A stretch of DNA of 62,040 nucleotides, taken from IMG/VR virus record IMGVR_UViG_3300014203_000013; one strand, 5' to 3'. Made by a program: the position numbers and the translations under genes. This document shows, one piece after another, positions 1-9,257 of this stretch; position 1 is the stretch's first letter; the number at the start of each line of letters is the position of its first letter. The notes under the pieces were generated by a model. It was not told the DNA's origin. It made no database searches and saw only the letters and a list, made by a program, of their open reading frames with translations. Origin of the DNA: an uncultured virus (IMG/VR IMGVR_UViG_3300014203_000013) (lineage: Duplodnaviria > Heunggongvirae > Uroviricota > Caudoviricetes).

Positions 1-2038
1 ACCAAAGATCATTCCCTTCAAGACGGAATTCAACACGGGATTCATTAATGCTTGGCTTGTGGACAATCATCCCCTTGTCTATCGCGAATTTAACATACTT
101 GTCAAAGATCGTGGTGCCGAATTTTTCCTTCTTCGGGTCACTGTTCTGAAGCAAAGCTGTCATGTATTCATAGAAGTAATGATACCTTAGCCATAGTTCT
201 GTAGTCGTAATTGCTGAATAACAAATTGCGTGACTATTAGAAGTTACATATCCGTTAGCGAAAAAAAGGTGTTCTGGAGAGTCTACTGTAATATCCATTG
301 TTTCCATTTCTCCCATACCGAGAAGAGAAATAACTTCTAGACTTTCTCCGTTTTCCATGCAGATTCTGTAACCATTTCTAAAGATAGCATCCAAACTACA
401 TACATTATAACCGTAATCAGTGTGGCACATAAACTTGTGGTTTAGCGTACAAACGATTTTATGCAATCCATCTTTCCCTTCCAACGAAAGCTTAACGCAA
501 GACTTCCTTCCTGTCTTGATAATGTCCGTTACCTTGACGTATTTTTCTCCTGAAGTTTTATCAAAACCTAAAATCATGTCTCCGATTTTAAGAGAAGACA
601 TCTTGACAACAGATCCATTTTCTTTTTTTACCTTTGTATCGGGAGATAAACATTTATTGAAGCTGTAAGACGCTGTAGATTCTATCTGATTCCAGATTTC
701 GTTTACTTGCGCTTCTGTCATTAAACCTTTTTTGACGCATTTTTCAATTGAACCGTTGATGAATTTTGGTTTCATTTCATCCATGATGTCTTTTTTCTTC
801 TTGCTAGCTCCCTTACGGAGACGATTTCCTTCAAGCGGTGACATTCCTGCCATTTCTACGGCAAGTTTCATTAAACCTTCCTGATAGGCTAGGATTCCGT
901 ATGTATCTCCCAGAACATTTTCCAGAATCTGGTTTTTCTCATATTTCTTGCCGTTCTTACGTTCCGCATATTCCACATCAAGACCCACATCTTTAGGTCC
1001 AGGGCGAATAAGAGAAGTGATTGCTGCGATATCTCCTAGACAGTCGCAACCGACCTTATCCGCAATTTTCTTGGTATACGGGTTTTCAAATTGGAATATT
1101 CCCAGAAGTTCCCCGCGTGTTCCCATTTTGATAGATTCGTGATCGTCCACAGGAATATCTTTCCTATGCAGTTCAATACCCCTATTTTCCTTAACTAGCT
1201 TGATACATTTATCGATAATAGGCAAATTATTCAACGATAAAATGTCAAATTTTATATATCCCTGGCTGGACAATTCCTGCTTTTCTCCACTTTCTGACCA
1301 AGAACTCACGACACGGCCTTCTTTATCTTTGTACACCGGTATCTTTTCAGTAAGGTTAAGATTGGAAATAATGACGCCACCGGCATGTGTCCCGAAATTC
1401 TTAGCCTGATTCCTTAAAATTTCCGCGTGTTCCTTCACTTCAGGATATTTTTCAAAGTAATTGGCAAGTTCCGGCTGTGCCTTGCAGATTTCCTCAAACC
1501 CTGCTTTGTCAAGCTTCGTGTCTTCGTCACCGTCTTCTTCTCCTCCGATTTCCGCATCAAGATTCTTCGTGACTTCCATCGCTTCTTTAACGTCCAATCC
1601 AAGCGCCCTAGCAACGTCCAGGATAACGTTCTTCGTCTTGTAGGTGCCTACGGTGCCGACACTACAGACGCGTTCCTGCCCGAATTTTTCCACAAGGAAA
1701 GCTTTGACTTCATTCCTGACATCCGGCATCAAGTCCATGTCTATATCAGGAGGATCTGCTTTCCCGAATTTTTTAAAGTCAGGAGTTATCCCGTTTTTTA
1801 CCGGGTCTAAACCGCTGATTCCTAAAAGCCAGAGGATGACACTTCCAGACTTGTTATTTTCCGAAGGTTGGTTACCCCTCCTTTCGAGGATTTCTTTGGC
1901 TTTATCTGTCTGAACAAACAAAACCCACTTTTTCAAGTCTCTAATTTCATCATTATATCTTTGCCTATAGTCATTTCCTAATTTTGAAACCAACGGATCG
2001 CAAACCTGTTTAATAATATCGATACTCGGGTATTTCAT
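1..2038 (-). CDS. dnaE: DNA polymerase III alpha-like catalytic chain lacking the PHP domain; contains a mini-intein; runs off the window start
   Basis: Not in the ORF track; translated by hand from ATG at 2038 (RBS AAGGA). Shows MKYPSID...PPDIDMD...GTHAGGVII...KFDILSL...GIFQFE...LIRPGP...TYGILAYQE...YSFNK[intein]SHAICYS, which are the DnaE palm/thumb/fingers motifs. Open to base 2. Confidence 0.95.
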   Translation of the reverse strand, partial: MKYPSIDIIKQVCDPLVSKLGNDYRQRYNDEIRDLKKWVLFVQTDKAKEILERRGNQPSENNKSGSVILWLLGISGLDPVKNGITPDFKKFGKADPPDIDMDLMPDVRNEVKAFLVEKFGQERVCSVGTVGTYKTKNVILDVARALGLDVKEAMEVTKNLDAEIGGEEDGDEDTKLDKAGFEEICKAQPELANYFEKYPEVKEHAEILRNQAKNFGTHAGGVIISNLNLTEKIPVYKDKEGRVVSSWSESGEKQELSSQGYIKFDILSLNNLPIIDKCIKLVKENRGIELHRKDIPVDDHESIKMGTRGELLGIFQFENPYTKKIADKVGCDCLGDIAAITSLIRPGPKDVGLDVEYAERKNGKKYEKNQILENVLGDTYGILAYQEGLMKLAVEMAGMSPLEGNRLRKGASKKKKDIMDEMKPKFINGSIEKCVKKGLMTEAQVNEIWNQIESTASYSFNKCLSPDTKVKKENGSVVKMSSLKIGDMILGFDKTSGEKYVKVTDIIKTGRKSCVKLSLEGKDGLHKIVCTLNHKFMCHTDYGYNVCSLDAIFRNGYRICMENGESLEVISLLGMGEMETMDITVDSPEHLFFANGYVTSNSHAICYSAITTTELWLRYHYFYEYMTALLQNSDPKKEKFGTTIFDKYVKFAIDKGMIVHKPSINESRVEFRLEGNDLW
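236..652 (-). mobile_element. Cis mini-intein (139 aa, no endonuclease) in dnaE at FNK|SHA
   Basis: CLSPDTKV...IVCTLNHKF (block B TxxH)...MDITVDSPEHLFFANGYVTSN, then Ser+1. Removal restores the conserved FNKSHA motif. Confidence 0.93.
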
Positions 2039-2057
2039 AATATTTCCTTGTCAGTCT

Positions 2058-2105
2058 AAAATAGAAAGACTGATAGATTTTTACACAGTTCAGTCTTTCT
2101 ATTTT
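2058..2105 (-). repeat. Perfect 16-bp inverted repeat (16-nt loop) just upstream of the dnaE catalytic gene; possible terminator or regulatory hairpin
   Basis: AAAATAGAAAGACTGA (2058-2073) and TCAGTCTTTCTATTTT (2090-2105). Confidence 0.7.
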
Positions 2106-2117
2106 TAAATACCAGTA

Positions 2118-2324
2118 TTATTCTTCCATTTTGGAAATTTTGTCTACAATAGGTCCGAGACAATTAATTGCATATAGCTGACATTCGTCATCTTGTTCCA
2201 TTTTTTCCCAGCTAAAAGCATCATGTTCCTTAATCCATTCTATTAAAATCTTAAACGAAAATTCTTTTGCTTCTTGGCTATCATCAATCTCTAGTTTATG
2301 TCCGTTTTTGGTTACTATTTCCAT
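2118..2324 (-). CDS. Hypothetical protein (68 aa, MEIVTKNG...)
   Basis: AGGAG RBS before ATG at 2324; part of track ORF 2118-2447. Confidence 0.6.
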   Translation of the reverse strand: MEIVTKNGHKLEIDDSQEAKEFSFKILIEWIKEHDAFSWEKMEQDDECQLYAINCLGPIVDKISKMEE

Positions 2325-2379
2325 GATTGTTTCTCCTGTTTCGTTTCTAACACCCACATTCTTCAGACAGAAAACGTTG

Positions 2380-2628
2380 TTAGAATTCTTTATATAAAAC
2401 TTCTCCGGTTTCATTATCATAACATCGTACATAATATTTAGATTCACCGCATTCTAATTTTTTCGGTTCTTCTTCTTCTCCGCGAGCGCGCAAAAAGAAT
2501 AATTCACGATTACAGTCGCAAGATGCGCTTCCAAACCGCCACCAAAATTCATGCCACGTCCAGTTTGGCCAAATGTCGGTAGCTATCACTCCATCCGAAT
2601 TTCTTTTTATATCAAGTTTTAAGACCAT
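2380..2628 (-). CDS. Hypothetical protein with a GxxSCDCNR motif
   Basis: ORF with AAGGA RBS and a Cys-rich motif. Confidence 0.6.
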   Translation of the reverse strand: MVLKLDIKRNSDGVIATDIWPNWTWHEFWWRFGSASCDCNRELFFLRARGEEEEPKKLECGESKYYVRCYDNETGEVLYKEF

Positions 2629-2649
2629 GTTTATTCCTTTCAGTTAGAA

Positions 2650-3288
2650 TTACATCTTGTTTATAAGGATGCTTTTTACTTGTTCCCAAACCATGTTTTC
2701 CTCTTGGCTTGCATCAATCAAAAATTTACGGTTTGGCTCCTTCTTCTGTAAGTCAAGAAAACCATCCCTGACTCTATGATGAAATTCCTTGCCAGCAAGT
2801 TCTATCCTGTCTGCCGATGTGTTTGTCTGAATCTGCCTTTTATTCATGCGATTAAGAGAATCTTCTAGTCCGATATCAAGAACGAATACGATGCTTGGGG
2901 AATAACCGCTTGTCGCGAATTTATTTAAATTCAGCAAGATATTTAAATCATATCCCCTTCCGTAACTCTGATACGCGAAAGTGCTATCTTCAAACCTGTC
3001 GCACAGGACAATCTTACCTGCTTTCAAAGCTGGTTCTATAACCTTTTCTACATGCTGAGCTCTGCTTGCAAGGAAAAGAAGCACTTCAGCGGCATTTGTA
3101 GGGCTTTCCCCGCAACTGTCATGTTTCAGCATGTCGCGGATATAATCCCCGAGTTTTGTCCCTCCTGGTTCTCTGGTGCAAAGGACTTCCTTACCATTTT
3201 CAATTAGCCATTCTGCTGTTCTCTTCAACATGGTGGATTTTCCGCCACCTTCCGGCCCTTCAAATGAAACAAACAAACCTTTTGACAT
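2650..3288 (-). CDS. tmk: Thymidylate kinase
   Basis: FEGPEGGGKST P-loop, TREPGGT, LFLASRAQH, CDRF..STFAYQ, DRIE. Confidence 0.96.
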   Translation of the reverse strand: MSKGLFVSFEGPEGGGKSTMLKRTAEWLIENGKEVLCTREPGGTKLGDYIRDMLKHDSCGESPTNAAEVLLFLASRAQHVEKVIEPALKAGKIVLCDRFEDSTFAYQSYGRGYDLNILLNLNKFATSGYSPSIVFVLDIGLEDSLNRMNKRQIQTNTSADRIELAGKEFHHRVRDGFLDLQKKEPNRKFLIDASQEENMVWEQVKSILINKM

Positions 3289-3291
3289 ATC

Positions 3292-3597
3292 CTAACTTCC
3301 TCTCGTGATTTTGTACCTTACGCCCATTTTATCTAAGAAAGTACGGGTAAGAACTTCTGCCATATTTCTCGTCTTTCCACGGACAACGGTTGTAATCGTC
3401 CCTTCATCCGTTTCCAGAACGATTCGACTTCCCCAGATTCTTGTTTCGTCTTTCCCGTCTTCACAAATTCCGTCTAAGACTTCTATCCTGCAATCAACCT
3501 TGTCTGTCAAAAGATAACTTACTTTACGGTTTCTGTTTTCTCTTCGAGTCTTATCATCAAGTTTCCTTTGTCTAATTTTCGAATCTACTTGAAACAT
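3292..3597 (-). CDS. Hypothetical protein
   Basis: ORF packed in the operon; start uncertain (3597 or 3645). Confidence 0.5.
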   Translation of the reverse strand: MFQVDSKIRQRKLDDKTRRENRNRKVSYLLTDKVDCRIEVLDGICEDGKDETRIWGSRIVLETDEGTITTVVRGKTRNMAEVLTRTFLDKMGVRYKITRGS

Positions 3598-3607
3598 CCT
3601 GTCTCTA

Positions 3608-4159
3608 TCAATCTTCAAAGTGTTTGGTATCCTTCCTTGATTCAAGTTCTTTTATACGTGACTTCAATTCGTCTATCTTATTTGACTTATCATCAAGCTT
3701 TTCTTTCAGCCCGACAATCCTTAAACAACCGAGTCTAAGAAGTTTATTCCTTTCAACGTCGAAAAACTTGCGGGAATCTTTATTCTTAACCGGCAACCGT
3801 TTCCTGACACAGCGATATCTTTGTCCCCCTCTTCTGGTTTTTAATTTCGTTACCGAAAGAATACCGGCATAAGATGGTATATTAGGATCATCAGCTAATT
3901 CTTCCGGGACTGCGAACCAGACATCACGGATTATTTCTTCTTTATGCCCGTGTTTTTTCTTAAGGTCTGCCTTTATATCAGCAGCGGTAACCTTTATTTC
4001 GACTTCGGTTCCACAGTTATACGGAGAAAGGACAATCAGATCGGCTTCGTGATAAGCGAAAAGTCCAAAACTGACATTCGGAACGATTATGTTCTGTCTA
4101 GGATTGAAATGTTTGATAACGGCTATTTCTATCTGTTGTGCTGTCCATTTGGGTCTCAT
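3608..4159 (-). CDS. MmcB-like PD-(D/E)xK nuclease
   Basis: EADLIVL...EVEIKVTAADIKADLKK...WFAVP pattern; start uncertain. Confidence 0.65.
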   Translation of the reverse strand: MRPKWTAQQIEIAVIKHFNPRQNIIVPNVSFGLFAYHEADLIVLSPYNCGTEVEIKVTAADIKADLKKKHGHKEEIIRDVWFAVPEELADDPNIPSYAGILSVTKLKTRRGGQRYRCVRKRLPVKNKDSRKFFDVERNKLLRLGCLRIVGLKEKLDDKSNKIDELKSRIKELESRKDTKHFED

Positions 4160-4172
4160 ATCCCGATATCCT

Positions 4173-4397
4173 TCATATAACAAAAACTTTCTTTTTTTCA
4201 CCCGATCCTGTTTTAGAAAAATATCTCCATGTCTTCCATTTTTCTGACCATTGGATGTCTTCTATTTTCCCTGGCATTTCAGAATACTGCCCGTATGTTC
4301 CGCTTTCATCATGATACCACCACAGAAGTTGATCTTGAGGCATTTTCTGAAGGTGTTTGATTAAATCAGCGATGGTTATCTGTTTTTGATTGGACAT
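4173..4397 (-). CDS. Hypothetical protein
   Basis: ORF with the N-terminal ITIADLIKHLQKMPQD pattern common in phage small proteins. Confidence 0.55.
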   Translation of the reverse strand: MSNQKQITIADLIKHLQKMPQDQLLWWYHDESGTYGQYSEMPGKIEDIQWSEKWKTWRYFSKTGSGEKKKVFVI

Positions 4398-4406
4398 TTT
4401 AAGGCC

Positions 4407-4703
4407 TCAGGGAATTATCGAAGTCGTCATTACCCTGTTGAATTTCATTTTGAAAATAGAATCACCACATTTACATGAAAAATAAGTTCCGTCCCAACTG
4501 AGTTCTTGTTTTTCAACGATGAAAAACTCATCATTGTCAGTCGCCATGAATTGAAGTTCTGTATCATCGCTAAAATGGTTGAGGAAAGTCCAGAATCGAT
4601 ATTCTTCTTCTTCACATACGAATTTGTCTGAAGTTACAAGGATTTGATCTGCCGATTTGACTATTTCTTTGAATCTTTCCCAACTTACTTTTTGAATGTC
4701 CAT
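4407..4703 (-). CDS. Hypothetical protein
   Basis: ORF with GGAG RBS, operon packing. Confidence 0.55.
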   Translation of the reverse strand: MDIQKVSWERFKEIVKSADQILVTSDKFVCEEEEYRFWTFLNHFSDDTELQFMATDNDEFFIVEKQELSWDGTYFSCKCGDSIFKMKFNRVMTTSIIP

Positions 4704-4930
4704 TTTGCTTCTCCTTTTTCAAGTCTGAATCTGTCGAAAAAATAATCCACATCGATATCAAGCTTTTCTGATACCAAACACATCATTTTCACAAAATCAA
4801 AACCCGTTTTACTTTCTATAGTTTTAAACCCGTTTTCTTTCAAGAAGTTTTCTTTGTCGATTCCAAGATAGACAAAGAGGTTATCTATCCTTCTTAAAGC
4901 AAATTCTTTAGCTGTCAGTTTGTATTTCAT
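4685..4930 (-). CDS. Hypothetical protein, possibly degenerate XRE-type HTH
   Basis: ATGA overlap with the upstream gene; C-terminal VSEKLDIDVDYFF resembles the end of XRE domains. Confidence 0.4.
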   Translation of the reverse strand: MKYKLTAKEFALRRIDNLFVYLGIDKENFLKENGFKTIESKTGFDFVKMMCLVSEKLDIDVDYFFDRFRLEKGEAKWTFKK

Positions 4931-5133
4931 ATAAGACTTTCGTTCATTCGGATTATTAAATCGATTTCTTGTAAGGCTGAATAAAAATCGCATTTTCCAT
5001 CACTGACAGAATTCAAAAGACTTTGTATTTTTTCTGAATACAGTATTCGGCATTTTGGACACAGTACCTTCCCTTTTTCAATGTATCTTTCTTTTTCACT
5101 AGGAATTTCCGCATTGCAATTACTACAAATCAT
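4927..5133 (-). CDS. Small zinc-ribbon protein
   Basis: CSNC...CPKC; ATGA overlaps. Confidence 0.55.
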   Translation of the reverse strand: MICSNCNAEIPSEKERYIEKGKVLCPKCRILYSEKIQSLLNSVSDGKCDFYSALQEIDLIIRMNESLI

Positions 5134-5462
5134 ATGTCTTTTTCATCCATACCGTATTTTAGAAGAAATTCTTCCATCTGTTGCATCGTGAAATCATTAT
5201 GAATTTCCAAAATTCGTGTATGTAACATGTCAGCCAACCAAGAGAATACGGAATAAAAACAATCTTCTTCTCTGTAATACATCCTTTGATCAAAAATGGT
5301 ATCTTCACGGCCTGGAATCTTTAATTTAGATCCGTTTGGGTATAGTGAAAATTCGACAAAGACCTTATCAGGACGCTTCCTTCCGACGAGAAGACGCGCT
5401 TCTGGTAGAAGTTTTTCAATATCTGCAAACAAATTTCCCTGTTTATAAATATCCACTTTCAT
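5130..5462 (-). CDS. Hypothetical protein
   Basis: ORF in operon. Confidence 0.55.
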   Translation of the reverse strand: MKVDIYKQGNLFADIEKLLPEARLLVGRKRPDKVFVEFSLYPNGSKLKIPGREDTIFDQRMYYREEDCFYSVFSWLADMLHTRILEIHNDFTMQQMEEFLLKYGMDEKDI

Positions 5463-5474
5463 ATCATCCCCATC

Positions 5475-6143
5475 TTATTTGATAAATGCCTGAAACGCCT
5501 GTGGCGTAATGACGTTAAAATCCACATTGCCGCGAAATACTTCAAGGTTTGTTTTCCCGGTATACGACATTGCTGTCGAAAGATAATGCTTGAAATTATC
5601 TGTCCATTGTCCGAGGGTATATTCTACGCGGTTCTTCTTAATGATCCCTTCACTTGTCTTTAGGACTTCATGCCCCATTTCGCGTTGGGCGCGTTTTGTA
5701 GACATGCCGTAATATTCCTTTTCAAGCTCCAAACCGTTTTTGAAAGCGGCTTTAATTTCTTCAGAATACTGATCAACAATACAGTTGGTTCCCCTGACTG
5801 TCGTCTTTCCCGCGCTCTGAAGTGCCTTGTTGAAAAGACTTCCGCACATTACCTTGTCGGCTCCCAATCCAATTGCCTTGATAATTTGATCAAAGTTACT
5901 AAAACCGCCATCGGCGATGATTTCTGTTTTTAAATTAGAACGCATCTTTTCTTGATAACAATTGTCGATTAGAGAAGCTAACGGGTAGTGAACGCTTGAA
6001 TTCGCTGATGTCGTACAGTTGTGAACTACATATCCGTTTGCCACATAAGAATGGTCTTTAAAAACCGTCATGTCATTAACCATAACTTCTCGAATTTGTT
6101 CTTCGACTATTGAAGAAATTTCAACTAGCTTAAACTTTTCCAT
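5475..6143 (-). CDS. Split-intein C-fragment (42 aa) fused to the C-terminal half of a GMP reductase/IMPDH-family enzyme
   Basis: MEKFKLVEISSI...DMTVFKDHSYVANGYVVHN|CTT; extein has IIADGG, GADKVMCGSLF, YYGMS, SEG, AMSYTG motifs. Confidence 0.93.
   Translation of the reverse strand: MEKFKLVEISSIVEEQIREVMVNDMTVFKDHSYVANGYVVHNCTTSANSSVHYPLASLIDNCYQEKMRSNLKTEIIADGGFSNFDQIIKAIGLGADKVMCGSLFNKALQSAGKTTVRGTNCIVDQYSEEIKAAFKNGLELEKEYYGMSTKRAQREMGHEVLKTSEGIIKKNRVEYTLGQWTDNFKHYLSTAMSYTGKTNLEVFRGNVDFNVITPQAFQAFIK
6018..6143 (-). mobile_element. IntC of the GMPR/IMPDH split intein
   Basis: Blocks F/G ending VHN, with Cys at +1. Confidence 0.92.
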
Positions 6144-7129
6144 TTTTCTAATTCCTTAATAAAGGATATATCTTTCATCATCTTTAGACTAAAGCGAATC
6201 AAAACATATCCTCGGTCTTCTGCAATTTGATCTTTAGTTCTGTCGTTTTCTTGTTCTTCTTTTGAAGAATGAAAAAAACCTTCTCCGTCATATTCTATTA
6301 AGATTTTACCATAAATAAGGCCATCGTATAGTTTGTTTTCTAACCTAAATCCTTGTTTAACATTTGCGCCGCCAAGATAAAACCGCAAAATTTTGAAGAA
6401 AAAATCTTCTTCTTTCGACGCATATCCGCATTTCAAAAATGGTACGACATTTTCTTCCCCGAACAAAAACATAAGATTTTTCAGCATAGTTGTGTCTGTG
6501 TACTTGAATCCGAATTTCCTATTCACTTCTCTCATTGTAAATAAGTATGGATTGCTATGTATAAAGTCATAAACTTCACGATAAAATGATTTCTCTTTTT
6601 CAATTTTTTCTCTTTTGGCTTTTGTTCCCAAGATTGAATTGTTTTTTGCACCAATTCTTTTATATTCCTGTGTAGTGCAAAATCCAAAAGCTATCCACAT
6701 GTCCCTTAAAGTCCTTTTGTCATAATCATATTTTTCAGAAAGAGAAGACAAGTTCATTCTTGAATTTTTAAAATCATCGAACGAAGCTTTGAGAAGATTC
6801 TTGTCAACATCTTTATAATACAACAAATCACTTTTTCTTTGTGCCGCACTCATCTTTAATTTGTCAATTGTCTCTTGAGACGGGGGCATTCTATTTTTGT
6901 GATCCCCATAATATTTGTGCCAAATATTCCACCCTTTCTTTGTCGTAACAGGGGTACTACACCCACAATGACAGAGTGGCGTTTTACCATCTAATTCATA
7001 CAGGATAAAATAATCACCCCTTTTCATTCTGTGTGAAACTCTAAGATGTTTATAAAAATCTCTTAATACATATTGTTCTTTTTCTCCTTTGATTACTTTA
7101 TTGCAAACAAGACATTTAATCTCTTTCAT
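6125..7129 (-). CDS. Free-standing putative homing endonuclease (Vsr/DUF559-like C-terminal domain, N-terminal Zn-binding modules) between the split-intein halves
   Basis: C-terminal YDGLI..KILIEYDGEGFFH...ENDRTKDQIAEDRGYVLIRF; N-terminal CLVC..HLRVSH and CHCGC. Confidence 0.85.
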   Translation of the reverse strand: MKEIKCLVCNKVIKGEKEQYVLRDFYKHLRVSHRMKRGDYFILYELDGKTPLCHCGCSTPVTTKKGWNIWHKYYGDHKNRMPPSQETIDKLKMSAAQRKSDLLYYKDVDKNLLKASFDDFKNSRMNLSSLSEKYDYDKRTLRDMWIAFGFCTTQEYKRIGAKNNSILGTKAKREKIEKEKSFYREVYDFIHSNPYLFTMREVNRKFGFKYTDTTMLKNLMFLFGEENVVPFLKCGYASKEEDFFFKILRFYLGGANVKQGFRLENKLYDGLIYGKILIEYDGEGFFHSSKEEQENDRTKDQIAEDRGYVLIRFSLKMMKDISFIKELEKWKSLS

Positions 7130-7168
7130 TTTACTCCTTGCTTGGCGAAAAACATATACATCCAGCTC

Positions 7169-7987
7169 CTATGCCGTTTTTATCAAAAAATGTTTACTTT
7201 CGTCTAAGTCTTTCGCTTCCACCCATTTTGCATATTTTTCTATGTTCTCGTCAGTAACAAATTGTGCATCTTCTTTCTCTACTACCCAAAATTTATGTTC
7301 TTCGGTGCAGGTGATCTCTTTATTAATTGTAAGAATCTTCTTTTTGTTTTTAAATCTTGCTTTACAAACAACCTCATTTTGTCCAATATGTGTTTTAACC
7401 ATTTCTCCTGTTTTGATGTTTTCTATTTTTTCTGTTTTCCCATCATGGAGCGTGATTTTCGTTCCATCAACAAAACACGCATTTCCAGTGCCGATCCCTA
7501 AACGCACAGCATCGGCTCCTGCCTCCGCAAGATTGACGAAAGTCTCTGGTAACGCCACGTTTCCGACCATAATCCATAATCTGTCTCCAAACCTTTTTTT
7601 GGAATCTTTTATGACCTGAAGAAGTTTGTTCATATGACCGTTTGCGATATCAATAAGGGCATAGTGTCTGACAGTATTGTCCTCTTTTGACCATTCTTCT
7701 ACCAAACTCTTAAATTCGTCAAGACCATAGCTTTGAATAAGAAAAGATTCTGTCTTTTTCACCCACTTGTCCCTTCCGGTTCGCGGAAGACAGACATTGA
7801 TGGAATTATTTATAAACTGCTGGAAACTATTGACGTCGATAACACTAAACATCGGTGCGGTAATGAGCGGCAACATTCCGTCAGACCTTGAGTAAACATT
7901 GCACTGACTTCTGCTATCGATATAAGAAACAGAGGCTGGTAGCATAACGATATCAGAAAAAGAATATAAAGGTTTTGTTTTGATCAT
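7169..7987 (-). CDS. N-terminal half of a GMP reductase/IMPDH-family enzyme (no CBS domains) fused to a split-intein N-fragment
   Basis: SFSDIVMLP..SR, PLITAPM, IDIANGH, GNVA, GADAVRLGIGTGNA|CFVDGT...TCTEEHKF...stop. Confidence 0.93.
   Translation of the reverse strand: MIKTKPLYSFSDIVMLPASVSYIDSRSQCNVYSRSDGMLPLITAPMFSVIDVNSFQQFINNSINVCLPRTGRDKWVKKTESFLIQSYGLDEFKSLVEEWSKEDNTVRHYALIDIANGHMNKLLQVIKDSKKRFGDRLWIMVGNVALPETFVNLAEAGADAVRLGIGTGNACFVDGTKITLHDGKTEKIENIKTGEMVKTHIGQNEVVCKARFKNKKKILTINKEITCTEEHKFWVVEKEDAQFVTDENIEKYAKWVEAKDLDESKHFLIKTA
7172..7477 (-). mobile_element. IntN (102 aa) of the GMPR/IMPDH split intein
   Basis: Block A CFVDGTKI, block B TCTEEH, WVEAKDL, then a stop with no C-terminal HN. 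Confidence 0.92.
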
Positions 7988-8013
7988 TATTTCAATTCCT
8001 ACTTTTAAAGAAC

Positions 8014-8961
8014 TTAGGTATAGTTCTTATATGATTTCTTCTGGCGTGAACATTTCCGTCTGTTGATAGACTTCCGTTCCGATTTTTTGAAGAATTCTGA
8101 GATAACGTCAACCGTCCATCCATTACCGATGCAGTGTTTCCTCTTTGATTCTGGAATGCCGCTGGTATATCCATATGGCAGAGTCTGAAGCCTTTCGTTC
8201 TCTTCATTTGTCAGATAGCGAATACCGTCGCCAATCCTTACCTTGTTGTCCTGACTATTGCAGAATCCGCTTGCGCTTACGCATCCCGCTTTGTCTTCCG
8301 GCGTCAACACCCTGTACATACTTTGATAACGGTATTCTTTGATTTCAAGCTTACGCATCTGTTCTTTGCTTAACCAACGGTAGCTACGTTTAGGAAAGTC
8401 CGTAAGAATGTCTTTAAGGAAAATTCCCTTGTCTTTAATTTCAGAAGGAACGAGATTAGTCCAATAAAGTCTTTGTCGCTTCTGAGCGCTCAGAAGCGAC
8501 GAATTAACCCGACGAGGTTCTCCTGTCTGTAAGTAAAGACTGATAGTTTTAATCCACAGTGGTTTCATCACGACATTTTCAAGAAGAAAGTATGTCGGAT
8601 CGCATTCGTTCTTAAGCCTTGCATATTGGAAAAACAGACCGGATTTCCCATCGAACCCTTCCATCTTACCGTTCAGACTAAAACTTTGGCACGGACTTCC
8701 TCCGATAAGCAAATCGATTTTCCCGATATCAAAGTTTCCGTTTTCTGTATACAGGATGCCATCCATGTATCTTACCTTGTTTACATCTCCGATTCTGATA
8801 ATGTCCGGGAAATGTGTTTTAGAAACCATCATCGCCCAAGGGTCGATTTCACTAGAAAAATACTTCTTTACCTTGATCCCAGCACGTTCCAACGCAAGTC
8901 TTCCGCAACTGATTCCATCAAAAAGACTAAGTACTGTTATGCCGTCTTTATATTCCTTCAT
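8014..8961 (-). CDS. DNA (cytosine-5)-methyltransferase
   Basis: LSLFDGISCG, GGSPCQ, LLENV, QKRQRLYW, ERLQT, GNGW. Confidence 0.95.
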   Translation of the reverse strand: MKEYKDGITVLSLFDGISCGRLALERAGIKVKKYFSSEIDPWAMMVSKTHFPDIIRIGDVNKVRYMDGILYTENGNFDIGKIDLLIGGSPCQSFSLNGKMEGFDGKSGLFFQYARLKNECDPTYFLLENVVMKPLWIKTISLYLQTGEPRRVNSSLLSAQKRQRLYWTNLVPSEIKDKGIFLKDILTDFPKRSYRWLSKEQMRKLEIKEYRYQSMYRVLTPEDKAGCVSASGFCNSQDNKVRIGDGIRYLTNEENERLQTLPYGYTSGIPESKRKHCIGNGWTVDVISEFFKKSERKSINRRKCSRQKKSYKNYT

Positions 8962-9257
8962 TTCAGGGTTCCCTTCTGTTTTGAATATTCCATAAACTTT
9001 GTTACCCTCTTTTTCTTATCATTTTCCATTTCACGCTTCCAATATCCGCTTGGCTTCCTAATGATTCCATCTTCTTGTAAGAGTTCAACCACAGCGCAGA
9101 TATGATAGAATTCTTCTAAGATAAGTTCACCGTTGGTTCCCAATTTGGTATTAGGGTCTATGTCATCTAACCCGAAACGTAAGGCTTTGCCAACATTTTT
9201 CTGCACTTCGGCACACTCTTCAGAAAGGCATGCTAATAGATACTCGGTTTTATTCAT
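8958..9257 (-). CDS. MazG-like nucleotide pyrophosphohydrolase
   Basis: LSEECAEV...KALRFG...LILEEF all-alpha NTP-PPase pattern; second acidic motif is atypical (EFYH). Confidence 0.6.
   Translation of the reverse strand: MNKTEYLLACLSEECAEVQKNVGKALRFGLDDIDPNTKLGTNGELILEEFYHICAVVELLQEDGIIRKPSGYWKREMENDKKKRVTKFMEYSKQKGTLK

Noticed and set aside
5475..7987. Pseudogene interpretation of the broken GMPR/IMPDH gene (and likewise dnaE)
   Set aside because: Both halves keep catalytic motifs, complete intein blocks and their own starts.
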